From Christensenellaceae bacterium (GTDB lineage Bacteria > Bacillota > Clostridia > Christensenellales > Borkfalkiaceae), in the NCBI GenBank assembly GCA_045534905.1, contig JAZSKQ010000009.1, positions 40,721 through 104,720 of the forward strand: a stretch of 64,000 nucleotides of DNA. The letters run 5' to 3'. Position numbers and translations under genes: made by a program. Below are positions 17,396 through 24,841 of this stretch, piece by piece. How positions within the stretch are numbered: position 1 is the stretch's first letter; every line of letters begins with the position of its first letter. The notes under the pieces are model-generated. The model searched no databases and was not told the origin of the DNA. It saw only the letters and a program-made list of their open reading frames with translations.

Positions 17396-19873
17396 ATGGC
17401 AAAACAACTATTTGTCGATCCGGTGTTCCTAAGAAAGCCCGGTAAAATCCAATTTGAAGATATTCTTGTAAACCAATATAACAAGACTATCGAAGACGAA
17501 AAGAAGAATTTCAAGAAAGACGAATTCGTTAGAATTTTTAACGATATCGCAGTTCTTCGTGAATTCGAAAGCATGATTAACGACATTAAGATTAAGGGTG
17601 AATATCAAGGCTTTAAGCACTCTTATCCAGGTCCTGCTCACCTTTCTATGGGTCAAGAAGCAGCAGCTGTTGGTCAAGCATATAACTTAGACCTTGACGA
17701 TATGACCTTTGGTTCACACCGTTCACACAGTGAAGTTTTAGCAAGAGGTCTTGCATCTATCAATAAGTTAGACGATGCTAAACTTTACGACATTATGAAG
17801 AACTTCATGAACGGTGAAGTTTTAGCTCCGGTTGAAAAGTACAATAAGACCGGTAACATGAAGGATTTAGCAATCGACTTCCTTCTTTATGGTTTCATGA
17901 GTGAAATTTACGCTCGTAAGACCGGTTTCCATAAGGGTATGGGCGGTTCAATGCACGTATTCTTCTTACCTTTCGGTATTTATCCTAACAACGCTATCGT
18001 TGGTGGTGCAGCTCCAGTAGCACTTGGCGCAGCTCTTTACAAGAAAGTAAACGACAAGCCCGGTATCGTTATTTCTAACGTTGGTGACGGTGCAGTTGGT
18101 TGTGGTGTTGTTTATGAATCAATGAACTTCGCATCTATGGACCAATACAGAGATTTATGGGAAAAGAAGGGCGGTCTTCCGATTCTTTTCAACTTCTTCA
18201 ATAATGACTACGGTATGGGTGGACAAACCCGTGGTGAAACCATGGCTTATGACTTCTTAGCACGTCTTGGCGCAGGCGTAAGCCCGACCCAATTATATGC
18301 AGAAAGAGTAGACGGTTTCAATCCTCTCGCAGTTATCGACGCAGTTGCAAGAAAGAAGAAACTTTTATTAGAAGGCAAAGGTCCTGCAATGCTCGACGTT
18401 GTAACATATCGTTTTGGTGGACACTCTCCGTCAGACGCAATGAGCTACAGAACTCCCGAAGAAGTTGCTGCATGGAAGGAATACGATCCGCTCGTTACCT
18501 ACAGAAAAGCTCTTGTTGACGCTAAGGTTGAAAGCGATGGCAAATTCGACGATATCCTTTCTGGTATCCAAGAAAGAATGCTCAAACTTTGCAAACTTGC
18601 TGCTGACCCTGTTGAATCTCCATATCACGATTTCAAGAAAGACCCATACTATATTGAAGACCTTATGTTCTCTGAAGGTAAGGTTGAAAGTATGAGTGAT
18701 AGACCTGTTGAAATCGGCAGAGACGTAAAACACGCAATGGCAGAAAACCCAAGAGTACAACAAATCTCTAAGAAACTCCGTTACGCTTTCGATAAGGACG
18801 GTAAAAAGGTTTCAGACATGAAAGCTTATAACGTTCGTGACGGTTTATTCGAAGCAATTATTGATAGATATTACAAAGATACTACTCTTACCTCTTACGG
18901 TGAAGACGTTCGTGACTGGGGTGGTGCATTCGCAGTTTATAAAGGACTTACCGAAGCGCTTCCATATCACAGATTATTCAACTCTCCAATTTCAGAAGCA
19001 GCAATCGTATCTTCTGCAGTAGGTTACGCACTTTGTGGTGGTAGAGTAATAGTAGAACTTATGTACGCTGACTTTATGGGAAGAGCAGGCGACGAAATCT
19101 TCAACCAACTTGCAAAATGGCAAGCAATGTCATCAGGTATCTTAAAGATGCCGGTTGTTCTCCGTGTATCAGTTGGTAGTAAGTACGGTGCACAACACTC
19201 ACAAGACTGGGTAGCACTTCCTGCACATATTCCAGGACTTAAAGTTTGCTTCCCTGTAACTCCTTACGATGCAAAGGGTCTTATGAACTCCGCACTTAAC
19301 GGAACTGACCCGGTAATCTTCTTCGAAAGCCAAAAATTATACGGCAAGGGTGAAGAATTCAGAAAAGAAGGTGTTCCAGAAGGTTACTATGAAATTCCGA
19401 TTGGTGAACCAGACGTTAAGAGAGTTGGTAGCGACGTAACTATTCTTACAGTTGGCGCAACCCTTTACGAAGCAATGAAGGCTGCTGACGAACTTTCTAC
19501 CAAATACGGCGTAGAAGCAGAAGTTATCGACGCAAGATCAATCGTACCGTTCAACTACGAAAAAGTTGTTGAATCAGTTAAGAAGACCGGTAGAATCGTA
19601 TTAGCATCTGACGCTTGTGCAAGAGGAAGCATCTTGAACGACTTTGCAAGAAATATCGAAGAAATGTGCTTTGATTATCTTGACGCTCCTGCAGTTGTAT
19701 GCGGTGCAAGGAACTGGATTACTCCTCCGTATGAATTCGAAAAAGAATTCTTCCCACAATCAAGCTGGATTATCGATTGCATAAACGATAAGATTTTACC
19801 GCTTAAGGGACACGTATCTTCAACTGACACTTCAGACGCAGAAATGTTAAGAAGAGCAAAGAAGGGTGTTTAA
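17396..19873 (+). CDS. Thiamine-diphosphate-dependent 2-oxoacid/acetoin dehydrogenase E1 component, alpha and beta subunits fused in one 825-aa chain
   Basis: The N-terminal half carries the TPP motif GDGAVG...NNDYGMG (E1 alpha). The C-terminal half carries E1 beta-like blocks (YGEDVRDWGGAF, NSPISEAAIVSSAVGYAL, GAQHSQDW, and a transketolase C-terminal-like end). There is no stop codon or frameshift between the halves. Confidence 0.85.
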   Translation: MAKQLFVDPVFLRKPGKIQFEDILVNQYNKTIEDEKKNFKKDEFVRIFNDIAVLREFESMINDIKIKGEYQGFKHSYPGPAHLSMGQEAAAVGQAYNLDLDDMTFGSHRSHSEVLARGLASINKLDDAKLYDIMKNFMNGEVLAPVEKYNKTGNMKDLAIDFLLYGFMSEIYARKTGFHKGMGGSMHVFFLPFGIYPNNAIVGGAAPVALGAALYKKVNDKPGIVISNVGDGAVGCGVVYESMNFASMDQYRDLWEKKGGLPILFNFFNNDYGMGGQTRGETMAYDFLARLGAGVSPTQLYAERVDGFNPLAVIDAVARKKKLLLEGKGPAMLDVVTYRFGGHSPSDAMSYRTPEEVAAWKEYDPLVTYRKALVDAKVESDGKFDDILSGIQERMLKLCKLAADPVESPYHDFKKDPYYIEDLMFSEGKVESMSDRPVEIGRDVKHAMAENPRVQQISKKLRYAFDKDGKKVSDMKAYNVRDGLFEAIIDRYYKDTTLTSYGEDVRDWGGAFAVYKGLTEALPYHRLFNSPISEAAIVSSAVGYALCGGRVIVELMYADFMGRAGDEIFNQLAKWQAMSSGILKMPVVLRVSVGSKYGAQHSQDWVALPAHIPGLKVCFPVTPYDAKGLMNSALNGTDPVIFFESQKLYGKGEEFRKEGVPEGYYEIPIGEPDVKRVGSDVTILTVGATLYEAMKAADELSTKYGVEAEVIDARSIVPFNYEKVVESVKKTGRIVLASDACARGSILNDFARNIEEMCFDYLDAPAVVCGARNWITPPYEFEKEFFPQSSWIIDCINDKILPLKGHVSSTDTSDAEMLRRAKKGV

Positions 19874-19891
19874 TTCTTAAATAAAAGGAAT

Positions 19892-19920
19892 AAGGGGGCT
19901 GAAAATCAGCCCCCTTTATA
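19892..19920 (+). terminator. Terminator-like hairpin after E1 (short U tail)
   Basis: An 8-bp stem gggggctg / cagccccc with a 5-nt loop, followed by tttata. Confidence 0.5.
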
Positions 19921-19927
19921 TTAAACA

Positions 19928-20899
19928 ATGGAAAAGTTTTATTTTTTAACACACGATATAACCGACCCGTATTTTAACTTGGCGTCGGAAGAATACTTAC
20001 TTACTCAAAAATCGGAATCGTTTATCTATTTGTGGCGTAACGAACCGTCCGTAATAGTTGGTAGATATCAAAACGCTTTTGAAGAAGTTAATATAAATTA
20101 TACCGAAAATAACGGTATTAAAACGGTTAGAAGACTTACGGGTGGCGGTGCTGTTTATCACGATTTAAACAATATAAATTATACTGTAATTACTAAAAAT
20201 GACCCAAATGGTACAGACTGTAAAAGTTTTAGTGAGCCTGTTATAGACTACCTTAAAACGCTTGGTATTTCAGCTGAATTTTCGGGTAGGAACGACGTTT
20301 TAATAGACGGTAAAAAAATATCGGGCACGGCAAGAACGATTAAGGGGGATAGGATACTTCATCACGGCACTCTTTTATTTAAAACTGACGTAAACGCACT
20401 TACAAATTCGCTAAATCCCAATAAATTAAAGATGCAAAGTAAGGGTATAAAATCGGTAAAATCAAGGGTAACGAACGTTTCGGAATATCTTCTTGATTCG
20501 AATTTTAACACCTTTTTTGACGGCTTGAAAAAATTCTTTTTGCTAAATACTGAGAAGTATGAATTCGATAGTGAAGACCTAACGAAAATAAATGAGTTAA
20601 GGGAAGAAAAATATAGCAAAAGGGAGTGGAATTTCGGCAAGTCCCCAATTGGAAAAAATCGTTTTGACGGTAGGTTTGATTTCGGTACGATTAGTATTAC
20701 TTTCGATACCGTAAACGGTAATTTTGATAACGTTGAAATTTTTGGTGATTTCTTTGTGAAAGGTGATTTGACGGAATTAAAAAATCGTTTTATCGGACAA
20801 CCTTTCAGTGTGTCAAGCGTAAAAAACGCACTAAAAGATTTAGACCAATTTATAGTTGGTGGGGACGGTGACGTTCTTGCTGAAAAAATGTTTGAATAA
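19928..20899 (+). CDS. lplA: Lipoate-protein ligase A
   Basis: RRLTGGGAVYHDLNNINYT and KKISGTA blocks typical of LplA. 323 aa. It is adjacent to a lipoyl-dependent complex. Confidence 0.85.
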   Translation: MEKFYFLTHDITDPYFNLASEEYLLTQKSESFIYLWRNEPSVIVGRYQNAFEEVNINYTENNGIKTVRRLTGGGAVYHDLNNINYTVITKNDPNGTDCKSFSEPVIDYLKTLGISAEFSGRNDVLIDGKKISGTARTIKGDRILHHGTLLFKTDVNALTNSLNPNKLKMQSKGIKSVKSRVTNVSEYLLDSNFNTFFDGLKKFFLLNTEKYEFDSEDLTKINELREEKYSKREWNFGKSPIGKNRFDGRFDFGTISITFDTVNGNFDNVEIFGDFFVKGDLTELKNRFIGQPFSVSSVKNALKDLDQFIVGGDGDVLAEKMFE

Positions 20900-20925
20900 T
20901 TTTAATAAATGTTAAAATTTTAGTG

Positions 20926-20954
20926 TTGACAAAAAAAATAAAATAGTATATAAT
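20926..20954 (+). promoter_or_regulatory. Consensus sigma-A promoter
   Basis: TTGACA (20926-20931), 17-nt spacer, TATAAT (20949-20954). Confidence 0.6.
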
Positions 20955-20960
20955 TTTTAT

Positions 20961-21161
20961 AACGATATCAGGAAGCGACCAAAAGGCTAAAAAGGGTTGC
21001 TTTCATTGCAAAATTAAAAGAGATAGAAAATGGCCAAATTTTATTGACGTTATTTCGCAACTCTTAAAACCTTTTTAAATGAAAGGGGTAAGGTTGTTTG
21101 CGCTTTTTCTATCGTAGAAAAGACTAAAACGACCGTACTTAAAAAGTAACGGTCTTTTTTT
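20961..21161 (+). promoter_or_regulatory. ~200-nt structured 5' leader ending in an intrinsic terminator. Candidate riboswitch or attenuator of unknown class.
   Basis: Several hairpins: aagcgacc/ggttgctt at 20973-21000, cttttcta-tcg-tagaaaag at 21103-21122, and the terminator gaccgtact...agtaacggtc followed by T7 at 21131-21161. The segment aaaagac (21118-21124) can pair instead with gtctttt (21152-21158), which overlaps the terminator 3' arm. Confidence 0.45.
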
Positions 21162-21181
21162 ATAAATTAAAAGGAGTGTTT

Positions 21182-22321
21182 ATGAAGGCTTTTATCAATG
21201 CAAACGTCGTTATGAAAGACCACGTTATCCCAAACGGTGTAGTTTTAACCGACGGCGATAAAATAACTTGGGTTGGAAAGTATAAAGACGCAGTTATTCC
21301 AAAGGACGCTGAAATAATCGACGTAGAGAATCAATATTTAGGACCGGGCTTGATAGATATACACACCCACGCATCCGATAATAAATGGATATTTGAACAA
21401 CCAAAAGAGACGTCTGAATTTATGTTAAGTCACGGTGTAACGGGCGTGCTTCCTGCTCTTTATTACAATCTTAATAAAGAACAATATTTAAAAGCAATCG
21501 ATGACATTATAGATGCTAAAAATAGGGGCGACTTTAGAAACTTTATAGGTTTTTATATGGAAGGTCCTTATCTTAACCCCGCCTTTGGTTGTGATAGGGA
21601 AAAGAATACTTGGAAAGGCCCTATTGACGAAAATGATTATTTACCATTGATAGAAAAGGTAAAAGACACTGTAAAAGTATGGTGTATTTCACCTGAAAGG
21701 GAGGGTGTCGATAAATTCGTTAAAGACGTAAAGAAGGCGATTCCAAACTGTTATTTTGCAGTTGCACACAGTGAAGCAACCCCTCAACAAGTGGAAAAAT
21801 ATATTCCCTATGGCTTAAAAATAGGTACACACCATACTAACGCTACTGGTACGATTTATAAATATTCAGAATGTCGTGGTGTATGTGTTGACGAAGCAGT
21901 AAATCATAACGACGCAATTTACGCCGAACTTATTTCCGATTTTATGGGCTTACACGTTGACCCTTATATGTTAAGATACGTAAGAAAGATAAAGGGTGAC
22001 GATAAGATAATACTTATATCAGACCAATTCGTATCGGATGGACCCGTTCCTCCGGGATACGAAGAATGTACGGATATACACTTTGACTTTGCAGGCGAAA
22101 TAGCAGGTTCAGGACTTACCCTAGATATTGCTTGCAGAAACTTTATGTACCACACGGGTTGTTCGGTATGCGATGCGTTTAAGTTTGCATCGTATAATCC
22201 GTCCGTTGCTTTAGGGTTGTACGACGTAGGACATATAGACGTTGGCAACAAAGCAAACTTAATAGTGGTAGATCAATTTTTTAACGTGAAAAAAATAATG
22301 TTTAAAGGAGATATAATATGA
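21182..22321 (+). CDS. Amidohydrolase-superfamily protein, N-acetylglucosamine-6-phosphate deacetylase (NagA)-like
   Basis: GPGLIDIHTHAS metal-binding HxH motif near residue 60. About 380 aa. GGAG RBS at 21172-21175 precedes ATG 21182. The ORF-track start at 21176 is GTG. Confidence 0.55.
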   Translation: MKAFINANVVMKDHVIPNGVVLTDGDKITWVGKYKDAVIPKDAEIIDVENQYLGPGLIDIHTHASDNKWIFEQPKETSEFMLSHGVTGVLPALYYNLNKEQYLKAIDDIIDAKNRGDFRNFIGFYMEGPYLNPAFGCDREKNTWKGPIDENDYLPLIEKVKDTVKVWCISPEREGVDKFVKDVKKAIPNCYFAVAHSEATPQQVEKYIPYGLKIGTHHTNATGTIYKYSECRGVCVDEAVNHNDAIYAELISDFMGLHVDPYMLRYVRKIKGDDKIILISDQFVSDGPVPPGYEECTDIHFDFAGEIAGSGLTLDIACRNFMYHTGCSVCDAFKFASYNPSVALGLYDVGHIDVGNKANLIVVDQFFNVKKIMFKGDII

Positions 22322-23316
22322 ACAAAATTTTTGAACCGGCAACGTCTTTTGACTTCAAACCGGCAGATTACGTTCCTTTCAAGGACAGAGAACTTTGTGA
22401 AAAGTTAAGAAAAATTAGCGGTACCGATTTAGAATATCGTGACGCATGGCATCATCCGGAATTCAACATTAAAGTTATGATGAATCCACACCCCGTATTG
22501 ATTGCAACTTTATTTTCAAGAATTAAGGAAGCATCTGAAGCGGGTAGAGATTTTACCATGATTTTAGGCAATCCTGAACCAGATACTTATATTCCGCTTG
22601 CACAACTCATCAACTACTTTAAGGTAGACTGCAGTAAAGTTCATATCTTTGCTATGGACGAATGGGCAGACGATCAAGGCAACATTGCACCTGAAACTTA
22701 TAAAGCAGGTTTTGCACACTCTATGCTTAAGTATTTGGTATATCAAATTGACGAAAAGTTAAGAATGCCTTTATCACAAGTACATTATCCAACCAACAAG
22801 AACATTGACAGTTATTCTGATATGATTACTCAAACCGGTAACGGTGGTGCCGATATTTGTTCTTCTTCACCTGGTTGGACTGGACATATGGCGTTTATCG
22901 ACCCCGTTCCGGATTTCTTCCCTAAGGGATTTGATCCGAACGTTGAACCTACCAAAGAACAAATTGACGAATGGCTTAACATGAAAGCAAGAATCGTTAC
23001 CTTGCATCCGTTAACCGTTGCCCAAAACTCATTACACGGCGTATTTGGTCAATCTGGTTATATGCAAGACGTACCACCTAAGGCAGCAACAATTGGTCCT
23101 ATCGACGTAAAGAACTCAAGAGAAAGAATCGAAGTTCACGCACTTATGACCAACGGTACCTTCTCATCATGGCAAAGAATGACTTCAAGACTCGTTCTAC
23201 ACGGACCTGTAACTCCGCTTATTCCGTCATCAATGCTTCAAACTATGAAGACTCAAGTTTTAGTATCAGACGAACTTGCAGCACCGTTTGATTGCTGGGA
23301 AAAGGTAGGTTACTAA
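22318..23316 (+). CDS. Glucosamine-6-phosphate deaminase/isomerase (NagB / 6-phosphogluconolactonase superfamily)-like protein, atypically long
   Basis: The pattern ILGNPEPDTY...VHIFAMDEW parallels NagB GLATGSTP...FNLDEY. 332 aa against roughly 240-270 aa for typical NagB. There is a 4-nt overlap with the upstream gene. Confidence 0.5.
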   Translation: MNKIFEPATSFDFKPADYVPFKDRELCEKLRKISGTDLEYRDAWHHPEFNIKVMMNPHPVLIATLFSRIKEASEAGRDFTMILGNPEPDTYIPLAQLINYFKVDCSKVHIFAMDEWADDQGNIAPETYKAGFAHSMLKYLVYQIDEKLRMPLSQVHYPTNKNIDSYSDMITQTGNGGADICSSSPGWTGHMAFIDPVPDFFPKGFDPNVEPTKEQIDEWLNMKARIVTLHPLTVAQNSLHGVFGQSGYMQDVPPKAATIGPIDVKNSRERIEVHALMTNGTFSSWQRMTSRLVLHGPVTPLIPSSMLQTMKTQVLVSDELAAPFDCWEKVGY

Positions 23317-23340
23317 TATAATTTTATAGAGGTATAAATT

Positions 23341-24681
23341 ATGGCTAATTTATTAAAGGCTGGTTACGCTCAAGTAGATATTACCCCACCAATGGGTATA
23401 GATATTGCGGGATATTATAAAGTTCGTAAAGCAGAAGGCGTTTTAGATAATTTATCTGCAGTAGCACTTGCTCTTGCGGTAAACGATAAAAAGGCACTTA
23501 TTATAACCGTAGATAACTGTGGTATTAAGCAAGTAATTTTAAACGAATATAGACAAAATATTGCAAAAGCAACGGGTGTTCCGTTTGAAGCAATATACGT
23601 AAGCGTTACTCACACACACACCGGCCCTAGGGTAATCGAAGGTTTGGGTGAATTAGAAGATCTTTACAAAGAAACCTTAAAGCATAAACTTATCGACGTT
23701 GCAATTTTAGCTTTACAAGACTTAAAAGACGCTACGATGGGTATCGCAGTAGGTAATGCACCTAACATAAGTTTCGTACGTCGTTTTAGAATGAAAGACG
23801 GTTCTGTTAAGACTAACCCCGGTGTTAATAATCCCGACATCGTTGCACCTATCGGTGACGTAGACGAAAGGGTAAACGTAATTCGTTTTGCAAGGGATAG
23901 TCAAGATATAGTTTTAGTAAACTTTGCAGACCACCCCGATACCGTTGGTGGAAATCTTATTTCAGGTGACTGGCCGAGCTTAACTAGAACTGTATTAGAG
24001 CAAGCAACCGGTGTAAAGTGTATAATGCTAAACGGTGCGCAAGGTGACGTAAACCACGTTAACGTTCATCCGAAGCCGGGTGATTTTAACGGTATGTTTA
24101 ACGACTTTGACGACGTATCACGTGGATATGCACACGCTAAACACATGGCAAACGTGGTTGCCGGTGCAACTATGCAAGTTATGGATAAGGTTGCTTACAG
24201 GGACGTTGACGTATTAAATTATGTAAATAAGACGGTTAAAATTCCTACCAATAAAGCAAGAACCAAAGAAGAGCTTGCAGAAGCGCATCGTATAAACGAC
24301 CTTCATTTGGCTGGTAAGGACAGTGAACTTCCTTACGAAGGAATGATGCTCACCACCATAGTTGCAGAAGCAATGAGAATGGTAGAATTAGAAAATGCAC
24401 CAGATGCTTTTGAAAAAGACTTTGCAGGTTTAAGAATTGGTGACGTTGGCTTCTTTGGAATTCCCGGTGAACCGTTTACCGGAATTGGTAGAGGTGTAAA
24501 GGAAACCGAAGGCTACGAAATGGTTTGCGTAACTTGTTTGACTAACGGTAATGAAGGTTACTATCCTATGAAAGAAGCTTATGAAGAAGGCGGTTACGAA
24601 GCAAGAAGTAGTTTATTTAAAGAAGGTGTTGCGGAACTTATAATTGAAGAAGGTAAGGCAGTGCTAAACTCATTAAAATAA
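23341..24681 (+). CDS. Neutral/alkaline ceramidase N-terminal-domain-like hydrolase (function in bacteria unknown)
   Basis: The N-terminus (KAGYAQVDITPPMGIDIAGYY) and THTHTGP block resemble the bacterial neutral ceramidase-like family as I recall it. Confidence 0.45.
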   Translation: MANLLKAGYAQVDITPPMGIDIAGYYKVRKAEGVLDNLSAVALALAVNDKKALIITVDNCGIKQVILNEYRQNIAKATGVPFEAIYVSVTHTHTGPRVIEGLGELEDLYKETLKHKLIDVAILALQDLKDATMGIAVGNAPNISFVRRFRMKDGSVKTNPGVNNPDIVAPIGDVDERVNVIRFARDSQDIVLVNFADHPDTVGGNLISGDWPSLTRTVLEQATGVKCIMLNGAQGDVNHVNVHPKPGDFNGMFNDFDDVSRGYAHAKHMANVVAGATMQVMDKVAYRDVDVLNYVNKTVKIPTNKARTKEELAEAHRINDLHLAGKDSELPYEGMMLTTIVAEAMRMVELENAPDAFEKDFAGLRIGDVGFFGIPGEPFTGIGRGVKETEGYEMVCVTCLTNGNEGYYPMKEAYEEGGYEARSSLFKEGVAELIIEEGKAVLNSLK

Positions 24682-24692
24682 TAACAAAACAA

Positions 24693-24722
24693 AAAAATCG
24701 GAAAAATTTTTCCGATTTTTTT
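24693..24722 (+). terminator. Rho-independent terminator
   Basis: Perfect palindrome aaaaatcggaaaaa / tttttccgattttt. Confidence 0.7.
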
Positions 24723-24841
24723 ATTATTCAAGGTTTTTTTAAGTGATAAATAGTAGAATATAATTGTAAAAAACCTTACTCCTTACTCTTTTAAATAAAA
24801 GGGAATCAAAACCTTAGTGGTTGCGGTTCTCTTTTATTTTT

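Noticed and set aside
24723-24841. Two long hairpins (aaggtttttt..aaaaaacctt, and aaaagggaatcaaaacc..ggttgcggttctctttt) between the ceramidase-like gene and spoIIE, considered as a possible small RNA
   Set aside because: The second hairpin is adequately explained as the spoIIE (bidirectional) terminator. I see no promoter or conserved motif for the first. There is not enough evidence to call an RNA gene.
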